Part shown: positions 18,617-29,400 of the stretch, one piece after another | Layout of the letters: every line of letters starts with the position of its first letter | Numbering within the stretch: position 1 is the first letter of the stretch | Assembly (NCBI GenBank): GCA_030537465.1 | Contig: JAUNMP010000004.1 | Location: 1-58,359 of the forward strand | Source: a bacterium | GTDB lineage: Bacteria > Verrucomicrobiota > Kiritimatiellia > RFP12 > UBA1067 | Reading direction: 5' to 3' | DNA length: 58,359 nucleotides | Notes under the pieces: generated by a model | Databases searched by the model: none | What the model was told of the DNA's origin: nothing | What the model saw: the letters and a program-made list of their open reading frames with translations, nothing else | Program-made: the position numbers and the translations under genes

Positions 18617-20691
18617 TGCGTCCCTCCTGTTTTACGGTCCTGAATCCACCACGCTTCAACAAAGCCCCCCCGCGCGACGACGCCGGCACGAAGTCCACAA
18701 GTCGTCGGTCGAAGTCGACCTTCTCCACGCAGACTCTCAGGCGCTGTCCGACGCTCCATGTCTTGCCGCCGCCTTCAAGCGTCTCATCGAAATCATTCCA
18801 GCGTAGATAGGCGTCCGACAAATTCGACACATGGACCATGCCACCAACCGCAAGGTCGGGAAGATCCACGAATACTCCGTACCGCGTGCACTTGGAGATG
18901 ACGGCTTCGAAGCTCGTGCCCTTCCGCTCCTCGAGGATCTGCTGGAGATAGCGGTATTTCTTGATTTCGTCGAGCGATCTCTCCGCGTCGTCTGCAACCT
19001 GCTCGCGTTCGGAGCAGTGAAGCGCCGCCGCATTGAGCCATCCGAGATCGAGTCGTCCACCCTTGCCGGCGATCCACGACGCGAGCTGACGATGCAGCAC
19101 GAGATCTGGATAGCGGCGAATCGGACTTGTGAAGTGCGCATAGAACTTCTTCGCGAGACCAAAGTGGCCAATCTCCTTCGCCGAGTAGAGGGCCCGCTTC
19201 ATGGAGCGCAGCACCATCACCGAAAGCACGCCCTCGAGCGGCGAGCCCTTGATCTTCTTCAGGAACTTCGCAAGGTTCTTTTGATAGGAGAGATCTCCGC
19301 AGGAGATTCCAAGCTTCGCGAGGTTGCCGCGCAGTTCCTCGAGCTTGTCGGGGTCGGGGGATTCATGCAGACGCGCGAGGATCTTCACGCCGCGCGTCCA
19401 GAGCTCCTTCGCGACCGCCTCATTCGCCGCGACCATGCATTCCTCGATCATCTGGTGCGACTCGTCGTACGGACGCACCTCGATGCCAGTCATCATACCC
19501 TTCTCGTCGATCTTGATCTCGGCCTCGGGCACCTCCATGTCGAGGGCTCCATCCGCAAAACGATTCTTTCGCAGCTGCTGCGCAAGTTCATGGATGGCGA
19601 GAATCGTCCTGCGCTCCACGGGCTTGAGTCCCCGGATCTTCTCGCCCTTCAGCTCCGTCATCACCTGCTCGTAGGTGAAGCGCGCCTTGGAGCGGATGAC
19701 GCTCTTGGCGAAGGACCGGGCGATGCAATTTCCCTTTGCATCGAAGGTCAGGAAAGCGGAGAACGCGTAGCGGTCCTCGTTCGGAACGAGCGAACAAACA
19801 CCGTTCGACAGCTGCTCCGGCAGCATCGGCACGACCTTGTCCACGAGATAGACCGAGGTCGAGCGTTTGTACGCCTCGCGGTCGAGCGCGCTGCCGGGCG
19901 TCACGAAGTGCGAGACGTCCGCGATGTGGACGCCCAGTACGCGGTTGCCCGACTTGTCCATCTCCAGCGAGAGCGCGTCGTCGTAGTCGCGCGCCGTCTC
20001 GGGATCGCAGGTGAAGATGAATTTCCGGCGCAGATCCAGGCGTCCGTCCAATGGACTCTTCGCACCGCGAGCGGTCTTTGCCGGAGTCTCGGGTATCACA
20101 CCCACACGTTCGGCCTCGGCAATCACCTTTGGTGGGAATTCCTCGGGGAGCTCGTACTGCTTCATCACCGAAAGCGTGTCGAGGGACGGATCGTCAGCCG
20201 GACCGATCACGTCCGTGACCTCGCCCTCCGGGGCGAGACGCGGGTTCTCCCAACGAACGAATTTCATCACCACGCGGTCATTGAGCTTCGCGCCATGCGC
20301 GTCGGGCACGAGAAACTCCTGGCGATAGGTCGGCGAGAGCGGCTGCACACGCGTAAAGCGTCCCAGAGAAACGATGGTCCCGACAATCGACCGCGGCGCG
20401 CGCGCGTCAATGCGGATGACACGCCCCTCGGATCCGCTCTTTCCACCATCTCGTCCCCTTGAACCTGAAACCTGGAACTTGGAACCTGGAACCCTGAACC
20501 TTCAGCTTGATCGTCACCGTATCACCGACCAGAGCCGTGCCGAGGTCCTCGCGCTCGACCCACGTCGCCTCGTCCGTCTCCGGATCCACGAGGAAGCCAG
20601 CACCATTGCGAGCCATGTGCAACTCGCCCGTCATCGTCCCAGTCTCCCGGGGCGACTGTCTCATTCTATGTTTTTCTTTTCTTTTGTTCAT
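18558..20691 (-). pseudogene. rnr: ribonuclease R, frameshifted within a 7-bp repeat tract (ORFs 20407-20691 and 18558-20501)
   Basis: N-terminal cold-shock domain (GAGFL...GTALVGDTV) in one frame; EGRVIRI..., RNB (DPETARDYDDA, HFTSPIRRYPDL) and S1 domain in another frame bounded by TGA at 20502-20504. Confidence 0.85.
20461..20502. repeat. degenerate heptamer tandem repeat, 6 units (GAACCTG-like)
   Basis: gaacctg aaacctg gaacttg gaacctg gaaccct gaacctt. Confidence 0.9.
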
Positions 20692-20743
20692 ATGTTGTAA
20701 GTCCTTTTATATTTTAGAGAACTATAATTCTCAACCTGCATTT

Positions 20744-21790
20744 TCAGAAGAACCACTTCGCGCACGCGAGCAGACCCTGCTTCCACGGAACACGGTGGGA
20801 GACACCCGTCTTGCCCGCGAATTCGGAGAGATGCGCGACATACCAGTCGTAGTTCCGCACGAGCGCATCCTTGTTGGAGTACTTCGGCGCGAATCCCAGT
20901 GTCTTCTCGGCGCGCTCAATCGAAACAAAACTGTCCGTGGAAGCGGTCTCGTACACCCAGGGATAGAGAGGCGAGAGGTGGAGCTTCTCAAGGATGCGCA
21001 GAATGAAGACAATCGGCGCAACGGGCATGCCATGGATCTTTTTGCCGTGGCCGGCACGGTCCAGCACCGCCTGATAGTCCTCCTTCATCGTCGTGAACTC
21101 CTTCGCACCGATATTGAATTCGGTGTTGACCACCTTTTCGTCGAGGGTCATAGAAAGCCAGATGGCCTCGCAGAGGTCCGCGACGTCCATCAGCTGGTAG
21201 CGGTTGTTGCCGCTTCCGATCATCGGGAAGCCATGCCCGGTGTAGGCCCAGTCATAGAACAGGGCGAAGACGCCGAGTCGCTCGGGACCGATGAAGCTCT
21301 TCGGACGGATCACCGGCACGCAGAAACCGCTTTCCCGCGCGTCTCGGCAGATCTTCTCGGCCTCGATCTTCGCGTGGCCATAGGGGCCGACGCCGATGAG
21401 CTCGTCGGTCTCGTAGATCGGATGACGTTTCGGCACGCCGTAGACGGCGGTGGAGGAGATCTGGATCATCCGCGACACACCACTGCGGCGGCACGCCGTG
21501 ATCACGTTGCGCGCACCGTCGACCTCCGTCGTACGGATGTCCTCCGGAGAATAGAGCGGCAGGGCCGCGGCGGTGTTCACCACGGCGTCGCATCCCTCGA
21601 CGCAGGCGTTCACCGCCGCGGGGTCGCGCACATCGCCCTTGGTGAACTTGAGCCAGGGCTCCTTCGCCTCGGGATAGTCGAAGTCCGCGATGTCGAGCAC
21701 GCGGATCTCCTCCACGCCCTTCGTGCGCAGATGCCGAATAAGATTGATGCCGAGAAATCCGCTGCCACCGGTAACGAGCACAGTCTTCAT
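20744..21790 (-). CDS. NAD-dependent epimerase/dehydratase (extended SDR, 3-beta-HSD-like)
   Basis: TGGSGFLG, SSTAVYG and YGHAK motifs. Confidence 0.9.
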   Translation of the reverse strand: MKTVLVTGGSGFLGINLIRHLRTKGVEEIRVLDIADFDYPEAKEPWLKFTKGDVRDPAAVNACVEGCDAVVNTAAALPLYSPEDIRTTEVDGARNVITACRRSGVSRMIQISSTAVYGVPKRHPIYETDELIGVGPYGHAKIEAEKICRDARESGFCVPVIRPKSFIGPERLGVFALFYDWAYTGHGFPMIGSGNNRYQLMDVADLCEAIWLSMTLDEKVVNTEFNIGAKEFTTMKEDYQAVLDRAGHGKKIHGMPVAPIVFILRILEKLHLSPLYPWVYETASTDSFVSIERAEKTLGFAPKYSNKDALVRNYDWYVAHLSEFAGKTGVSHRVPWKQGLLACAKWFF

Positions 21791-21797
21791 ATTTTCA

Positions 21798-23537
21798 TCA
21801 CTCCGTAATTGAAACCATCAGGGCCGAAATCGTCGAACGGTCGAGCACGAACACCGCGTCCGCGCCGCCCACCGTCGCGTACCGTCCGCCACCGGACGCA
21901 ACGCTCCCCAACATAAGATTGCGCCGGACCGCGTCCTGCCCTTCGAAATCAACGGCAATGACCAGCGTCGGCGCGTCAAGTCCGCAGCGTCGCAGATCCT
22001 CCGGCGTGGCCGCCATCGTCTCCACGCTCTTTGCCTCCACGCGGGTGAGGGCGGCGAGCAAGGTCTTGACGGCGTCGACGCGGACCGTTGCCGGCGCGGA
22101 CCCCTCGGCGAGGTTCCACTGGTTTCGCTCGGGATTGAGCACGACCGAAACCCCAGTCCCTTCCAGAGGCTTGAGCGACAACCGGCGAATGGACTGAACA
22201 TCCAGTTCCAGAAGGGTCTTTGAACGAAGATCCGCGAACGAGCCGCACTCCTTGAACACGGCCTTCGCAACCGAGACATCGGGATGCCCCCCCGACGACG
22301 TCGCCACGGAGACACGGACCGCATCCTCTCCGTCCAGCGGAGCACCCTGCAGCACATCGTTCCGCCGAATACGCAGAACCGCGTCCACCAGGGCCGCGGC
22401 GGCCGCGGGGTCCGCCGGCGCCGCCACGGGTGCCGCCAACCTCCAATCCCCATTCGCGCCCCGTGCAAGCACGTAGACCAGCTGCCCTGCGGTGATCGAA
22501 ACCGACTTCACCTGCTCGTCCGCGCCAAAGGGGAAGACGCGAGAATCACGCAAGGCCGCCTCTCTCGTCCGGAACAGATCCGCAACGGCCGCCGGCATCG
22601 TGACAACCGCCGTACCGTTCTGCACCAATGCGTAGACGAGGTTTGTCCCCGCCGAGGAGCCGAAGACAATCTGTTCGGACGTGCCAGAATCCGACTTCAC
22701 GCTTATGGAAAGCCCCGCCTCCGCGGCCAGGCCATAGGGTGCAAGCGCGGACTGCGACAGAACTGTTCGTTCCCCCACACGCGTGGCATGGGCGGCAGAC
22801 GGCATGACAAAACCGACGATGCGCGCGCCGACAAGGCCATCCACCAGTGCCGACACGACCGTTTCGTCTGCGGGCGCCTCCACAGGAGACGACAACCGCC
22901 ATCCAGATGCACTGCGCACGAGACGGATAAACGGGGCCTCGGGTTTGTGAAGATCAAGACTGGAGATCTGCTCGCTGGCGGAGGAGATCAATGTGCGTAC
23001 GCGGAAGCCGTCCGCATCCACGGGAATTGCCTCCAGAGCCTCCACGCCGACCGTGAATACGTTGACCAAACCATCCGCTCGCGCGTAGACATCCTTGCCC
23101 GATGCCGACAACGCGCCGAAGAACACCTGCGACTCGCCGCCCTTCGCGATGAGCTTCACAGAGGCACGCACCGTACCTGCCAGTCCAAAGTCAGCGAAAT
23201 CTTCGCCCAGGCTGGCCAACTCGGACTCTGTGCGCATATCCCCCAGAGGCAACAACGTCAGAGCGTCCACGAGACGAGCCACGGGAGCCGCATCGGCAGG
23301 AGCGAAATAGGGATTGACAATGCCCCAGGCTCCAATGTCATTTCTTGTCAACTTGACGATGTTCGTGCCATTACGGGAAATCTCAATACCCTCAACGGCC
23401 TCCGGCGCCAGCGTGCAGAGTGTGTTGCGCGTCGCCTCGCTTGCAACTGCCCGCGTCCGCCAGGAGAGAAAGGTAAGGACGGCCGATGTCAACAGTATTC
23501 CAGAGAGGAAGAAGACTATGAAGCGATTGTTGCTCAC
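21798..23537 (-). CDS. DUF4340 domain-containing membrane-anchored protein
   Basis: N-terminal TM; repeated W..P..APAD..V..L and F/YGL motifs; follows the GldG-like gene. Confidence 0.75.
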   Translation of the reverse strand: MSNNRFIVFFLSGILLTSAVLTFLSWRTRAVASEATRNTLCTLAPEAVEGIEISRNGTNIVKLTRNDIGAWGIVNPYFAPADAAPVARLVDALTLLPLGDMRTESELASLGEDFADFGLAGTVRASVKLIAKGGESQVFFGALSASGKDVYARADGLVNVFTVGVEALEAIPVDADGFRVRTLISSASEQISSLDLHKPEAPFIRLVRSASGWRLSSPVEAPADETVVSALVDGLVGARIVGFVMPSAAHATRVGERTVLSQSALAPYGLAAEAGLSISVKSDSGTSEQIVFGSSAGTNLVYALVQNGTAVVTMPAAVADLFRTREAALRDSRVFPFGADEQVKSVSITAGQLVYVLARGANGDWRLAAPVAAPADPAAAAALVDAVLRIRRNDVLQGAPLDGEDAVRVSVATSSGGHPDVSVAKAVFKECGSFADLRSKTLLELDVQSIRRLSLKPLEGTGVSVVLNPERNQWNLAEGSAPATVRVDAVKTLLAALTRVEAKSVETMAATPEDLRRCGLDAPTLVIAVDFEGQDAVRRNLMLGSVASGGGRYATVGGADAVFVLDRSTISALMVSITE

Positions 23538-25714
23538 GATCTCCACCTCCTGTAGACAAAGACGAGACATCCAACGAGCAGAGCCAGGAAGGACGGGCCT
23601 GATGCCGCGAGCAGTCCGAAGCGGAGCCACCCCGAGCTGTCCATACCGGTCGTAACGACGTTGCCCGGCGCACGGGATGCCGTCAGGGCGTCAAGACCCG
23701 AAAGCCAAGCCAGAGAATTGAGGAACACGTCCCTATTCGCGTTTCCGCGCAGAGCAAGCGCGCCATTCGACACGAACGAGGCATCTCCCACGACCACAAG
23801 CCTCATCGGACGCAGTGCGATCTCCTTGGCATCGCCGCCGCGCTCGACCGCCACGGCCAAGGCCAACGGTCCACCCGGTTCCGAGGTCGCGTCTCGCGTC
23901 CAGGGACGCACAGACGGTTCGGATTCCCCCCACGCCGCAGAATCGGTCCGCGCAAGCTCGGTGTAGACCGCCCCCTCCACCTGGGCCGCTGGCGTGGCCG
24001 CGAGCGGCACCGCCCCTCCGAAGACCGCCGTGCCGCCAATGAGAGGACGCGTCACCGCATGCTCCGCGAAGTCGCGTACCACCACGTCCGCCCCCGAGAG
24101 CGTCCGCGGCGAGACAACCTGATAAGGAAGGACCTTCACTCCCAAATCGGCAAGAAGCGCTCCAACTCCCGCATTGGGTCCCGACGCAGCCAGCACAAGC
24201 AAACGGCCACCTGCCCTCAACCAGCCCTCAAGGCGCGCAACCTCGACCTTCGAGAACGGTTCGCGCGCTCCCGCCACCACCAGCGCCGCGCAATCATCGG
24301 GGACTGCGGGCGAGGCCGTGAGGTCAAGCAGCCCCAGCCGATAGCCATCACGCCGCAGTTCACGCGCAATGTCGCTCATACCGTTGACGGGGTCGTAGGA
24401 CGTGTAGGACATCTCGCCATGGCCCGTCGTCCAGTAGACCGTCTCCCTGAGCGCTGGCAAGGACAGCTGCTGCAGAGCCGATGCGCACGCGGCCTCCCCC
24501 GTGAAGATGCTGGATTCCCCCACGGCGACAACGTTGTTCGTCATCCCGAAGAAGAGATCCGACACCGGCACCATGACTCGACGATTGCCGCGGCGAAAGA
24601 CAAGCGTCCCCTCCTCCGCGCCCTCCCGGACAAGTGCCACCGCCCGGCCGAGCTCCCATCGGGGATCAACGTACTCAATCGCGAGGTCCGCGCCGGCAAC
24701 CGAACGCGCGGTCATCTCCAGTCCCCGCAGAAGCCGATCGACCATCCGGAACTCCGGTGCACGACGTGGCAGGAAACAGGTCACATGCACGCTACCATGC
24801 GTTTCGGCGAGGATCTGGCGTGTCCTGGCCGACGTTGTCTCGACATCCGACCGAAACGGCAACTCAAAGACAAAGTCGACACGCAGCGCTAGCATGGCAA
24901 CGAGGCCGACGAAGACAAAACCGAGCAGTGTCACGAGGATCGTGGAGAAACGCAGGCCGCGTGCGGCACGTCCCCTGAGCCTCGCCGCGGAGACGGCCTT
25001 CGACGCGGAGAAGAGCGCAAAGCACGTCAGCGCGAGATAGAACACCAACGTCGAGAACCGGACAAGTCCCGTGGACAGATCGACGATATGGGCCTCGAAC
25101 GGCATGGACGCGAACTTCATTCGCAGAATCGGCGACCAGGCGGTGGCCATCTCAAAGGCCGCATGCGGCAGCGCCAACATCAGAATCAAGGATGCGAAAG
25201 CCGCAATCGCGGCATGGCGGAAACAGGAGCTCGCCAGTAGCCCCACCGCACACCACAGCGCACATTGCAGAAGCAGCGCCAGAAAGGCCGGAATGAAGGA
25301 CAGCGTCGACAACGCCCCCCAGAAGGCCTGCGCACAGATTGGCAGAAGGATGATGGGGATCGCCAGGTACAGGCAGAGCGTCACACAGCACATCAACAAG
25401 GCACCCAGGTACTTTCCCAGCACAACCTCCCGCTCAAGCACCGGCGCCGTGAGGAGAAGTTCCAATCGTCCACTCGCACGCTCATCTGCGATGAGTCGCA
25501 TCGTCAACAGCGCCGCCAGCACCGGCAGGAATGGAACCGCGGCCGCGGCCCAAAGCGCCTCGACCGGCGTCGTTCCACCATCTCCGTGCGCGAGCGCGCG
25601 CGTGAAAAAAGCCCCAGCCAACGCCAAGAAGCCAGCCACGCTGAACGCAGTCATAGGCGACGACCAAAGTCGCCCAAACGTACGGGCGAAGATTACCCTG
25701 ATCGTCCGCGTCAT
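23534..25714 (-). CDS. ABC permease (GldF-like) fused to GldG-like auxiliary domain
   Basis: TMRLIADERASGRLELLLTAP, VLGKY; YWTTGHGE, RLVVVGDASF and NRDVFLNSLAWL motifs. Confidence 0.82.
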   Translation of the reverse strand: MTRTIRVIFARTFGRLWSSPMTAFSVAGFLALAGAFFTRALAHGDGGTTPVEALWAAAAVPFLPVLAALLTMRLIADERASGRLELLLTAPVLEREVVLGKYLGALLMCCVTLCLYLAIPIILLPICAQAFWGALSTLSFIPAFLALLLQCALWCAVGLLASSCFRHAAIAAFASLILMLALPHAAFEMATAWSPILRMKFASMPFEAHIVDLSTGLVRFSTLVFYLALTCFALFSASKAVSAARLRGRAARGLRFSTILVTLLGFVFVGLVAMLALRVDFVFELPFRSDVETTSARTRQILAETHGSVHVTCFLPRRAPEFRMVDRLLRGLEMTARSVAGADLAIEYVDPRWELGRAVALVREGAEEGTLVFRRGNRRVMVPVSDLFFGMTNNVVAVGESSIFTGEAACASALQQLSLPALRETVYWTTGHGEMSYTSYDPVNGMSDIARELRRDGYRLGLLDLTASPAVPDDCAALVVAGAREPFSKVEVARLEGWLRAGGRLLVLAASGPNAGVGALLADLGVKVLPYQVVSPRTLSGADVVVRDFAEHAVTRPLIGGTAVFGGAVPLAATPAAQVEGAVYTELARTDSAAWGESEPSVRPWTRDATSEPGGPLALAVAVERGGDAKEIALRPMRLVVVGDASFVSNGALALRGNANRDVFLNSLAWLSGLDALTASRAPGNVVTTGMDSSGWLRFGLLAASGPSFLALLVGCLVFVYRRWRS

Positions 25715-26418
25715 GCCGCACCTCCCTGGTCAGACGGGGGAACCACCAGGCCGAGAACCATCCGCACGCCGGCAGGCGTCTTTGCCCCCAGGATACGGCC
25801 ATCTCGCAGCACATAGAACTTGTTTGCCCACTGCGCGAGCTCGTCAAGTTCATGTCCGCTCACGACCACCGCGGCGAACGTGGAGACCGCCCCGACAATG
25901 CGCCCAAACGACATACGCGTCGCGGGGTCCAGCCCCGCCAGCAGATCATCCAGTATCAACAGGCGAGGACGCAGCAGGATGGCATCCGCGAGCGCAACCC
26001 GCTTGCGCAACCCGAACGACAACGTACCAATGCATTTTTCGGCATAGGGTTCAAGTCCGCAGAGTTCCATGGCCTCGGACACGCGGTGCCGAATCTTCTT
26101 TGACATTTCACCTCGAAGATTGGCCCGATAGCGCAAATACTTCTTCACGCACATATCCGGGTCCGCGGAAGCGGACTCAGGCAGATACCCTAGCATCCGA
26201 CGAAAGCGGAGAGACTGCCCGAATGCGTCCACACCATCCATGCGCACAGTTCCCGTAGACGGCGAACACAACCCCGCAAGAACCTTCATCAGAGTCGTCT
26301 TCCCCGCGCCATTCGCGCCTGCCAGGACCGCAGTCTCCCCGGGGGCGACGGAGAACGAGATATCCTCAAGAAGCGGCGCCTGACCCCAAGAAAATGATAT
26401 GTGTTGAACTTCTAACAT
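25711..26418 (-). CDS. ABC transporter ATP-binding protein (GldA-like)
   Basis: GANGAGKTT Walker A, GYLPE, LSFGLRKRV, LILDD and SGH motifs. Confidence 0.9.
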   Translation of the reverse strand: MLEVQHISFSWGQAPLLEDISFSVAPGETAVLAGANGAGKTTLMKVLAGLCSPSTGTVRMDGVDAFGQSLRFRRMLGYLPESASADPDMCVKKYLRYRANLRGEMSKKIRHRVSEAMELCGLEPYAEKCIGTLSFGLRKRVALADAILLRPRLLILDDLLAGLDPATRMSFGRIVGAVSTFAAVVVSGHELDELAQWANKFYVLRDGRILGAKTPAGVRMVLGLVVPPSDQGGAA

Positions 26419-26473
26419 TAAACGCGGATATTCTACCAAATATCCGCGGCAGATTGTAGCGGAATCGGCGCCG

Positions 26474-29400
26474 TCATTCGCTCCAGTACTTCTGACGGCG
26501 CGGCATCTCCACGCCTGGCTTGAAGCCCGTCAACGGGACGGGTTCCATCCCGTATTCCTTGCGAATGTCGTTCAACTCCAGCCAATGGAACGCACTCCGC
26601 TTGTTGTTGGTGTAGAGGAAGCGCTGCTGGTGCCAGTCGCACCACTTGTTCGCCTCGACATAGGAGCTGGAGAACGGAATCGCCAGATCGATCCACAGCG
26701 CAAACGTCCGGATTTCGTTGTCCGTCAGCGCCACGCGCCTCTTCCCGTCCTTGCCCGGATGGCCGTCCTTCAGCATCTGGTACCACTTCGACCGCAGCGC
26801 GCCGAACGAATACGGCGGTTTGAACGGCGCAAAGCTGAGTCCGTGCGCGAAGTTCACGTTCTCCGTGCACTTGCCCTTCTCGCTGAGCGCGAGGTACGCT
26901 GCCGTGTACGCGCGGTGGCTCTGGTCGTCGCTTGGCGGGATTTTGCCCGGCACGTCGCGCAGATCGAGACGGTGCGACTCGCCATGGCAGCGGACACAGC
27001 TGCGGTTGAGAATCGGCTGGACGTCCTTTTCAAAGCCGAAGCCGTCGCCGAAGAACGACGCATCGACCTTCTTGGGACGGTTCAAGCCCATCCACGCATC
27101 GAGCGAAGCGAGCGGACCTTCCTTCTCGAGCGTCTCGACGAACGGATGACGCGGACCATTCGGCAACCACGGCTTCAGGCTCTGCGGCGGACGGCGCAAC
27201 GCCAGCGCCGCCGTATTGTCCACCGCCGCCTGATGCGGGTGCTCATGGCAGCCAATGCAGCCATTCACCTCACCTGGCATCAGCGTCGACCAGCTGCGCA
27301 TCGTCTGGATCGCACAGCCGTCCTTGTCGACGAGCTGGAAGTAGACGGGCGTGCGCGCCGGCACCTTCACGCTGCAGCTGCCATCCGCCTCGACGTCCGC
27401 CTCACCCAGCACATGCTTCACGTCATAGGCGCCATTGCCCACGGAGATCGGCGTGCCGATCTTGCCCTGCGTCGAATGCCAGCCATACTGCCAGTTCCAG
27501 CCAATATGCACGGGACGGTACTCGAGACCGATCACGCGCAGCTTCTTCACCGCGCCCTTCGGAATGCCCTTGGACGCCGCACCCTCGTAGACGTTCTGCA
27601 CGTAGTACGTGCCAAACCCCTCGCGATAGTCGATCTTCGCCATCGGACGCGCCGGCGCCCGACGCGGCTTGAGCGCGATCGGCTGCAGGCAGTGGTTGCC
27701 CCAGTCGAACGCCAGCAGTTCGCGCTCCCCCTGCTCGGTCATCGCGTAGACGCCGAAGCGCGAGGAATAGGGACCCCGATAGAAGCTGCACCCCTCCGGC
27801 ATGAAGGAGACGAGCAGATCGCCGTCGCCCAGCGGATAGGGATAGGCCCATTGCGGACCAAACTGCGTGTGCATGTCAAAGGCGTTGTACTGGTAGTCAT
27901 GCGGCATGCGCGTAGGCTGCACGCCCGGCGCCGCGTTCATCGCCGCACCCGCGAGATAGTACATGCCCGGCATGTTCGTGACGGCGGGACCGCACGGATT
28001 GTCCCAGTTGCTCCAGGGAATCGTCATTACGCGATTGCCGGGAAAGGTCATCTTCACGGCATTCGTGTTCATCCCCCACACGGAGGCGGCAGGGTCGTAG
28101 GTCGAGTTCGTGTAGTCGTCGCCGTCCGCGAGACGCGACCGGGCGAGACGCCCCTTCTGTGCGACATGGTGTCCGCAGGAGATCATCATGATATCACGTG
28201 TCCCGGGAATGCCGCGTGTGTGCATCAGCGAAAACGGGAACTCCGAGTTGTTCGCGAAGAGCCCCGTCATCTTCGTACCGTCCGAATTCATCGCATAGAG
28301 CTGCTGAAGCCCGGAGGCGGAGCGGTCGTTGTACTCCCACTTCGTGAAGGAGACGCGACCGTCGTCCATCAGCTGCGGATAGAACGTCTGAACCTGGTCG
28401 AAGCCGATCCGCCGCACGTGCGAACCATCCGCCTCGCAGCGATAGAGGTTGGACACCGGCAGCGGCCAGCAGTCGACGGAATGGCAGCAGCGCGTCGACT
28501 GGAAGAGAATCGTGCCGTCCGGGAGCCAGCAGGGTTCGATGTCGCTGCAGATGAGCGTGAAGTCCTTCTCCTGCGTTCCGCCGATGTCCTCGCGACGAAC
28601 GAGGCCATTGAACGTGAGCTGGGTGATCTTCTTCGTCTCCAGATCCATCTTCCAGATGTGGTAGTCGTCCCCCTCCAGAGAGGTGCGCTTCGAAAAGAGG
28701 AGCGTCCTGGCGTCGAAGGAGAGCGCGGGGTCGCGGATGATGCCCTGCGGCTCGTCGAGGAGCACCTCCTGCGAGACCGTGCCGTCAGCGTTGATCGTCG
28801 CGCGGATCAGCTGCGAGCCGCCGCGGTAGTCGGGCACGCTCTTCCACTCCTGAAACGAGGCATCGGTCATGTCGTCGGTCGCGTGCATGATGGAATTGCC
28901 CATCACGAGATGCTTCACGTAGATGAACGCATCGCACTTCGCGCGGAACTTCGCGAGAAACGCCCTGCGCTTCTCCGCTCGCTCCTTTCTCCATTTTCCA
29001 TCTTCCATTTTCCATTGAACACTCGAGATGTCCTCGCCCAGGGGATCGGGCTTCGTCGTATCCGGCTCAACATTGGCGCAATGCGAGATATTGCTCACCG
29101 CACAGCTCTGGTAGAGCCAATCGCGCACAAGGCGCGTCTCGGGGTAGGCGATCGAGCCATCCGCATTCGGCAGCGGCAGATCCTGCGGCAGCTCACGGCC
29201 GAAGAACGACATTTCGGCAATCTGTACCGTGCAGGGTCCCTCCGCGCGAACCCGATAGGGCGGCGTCTCGAAAAGCTTCTGAATGTGCTTCTGCGCCTCC
29301 CAGGTGTAGAAACAGTAGTAGTGTCCAGCCTGGTCGTAGGAATCTTCGATGACCATCTTCACCGTGCGACCCCGGCGAGGATTCCATGTCGCATAGTTCT

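Noticed and set aside
26474-29000. Anammox hydrazine synthase
   Set aside because: No hzsB/hzsC or HAO-like genes, and the protein is fused to an esterase; treated only as an HzsA-like homologue
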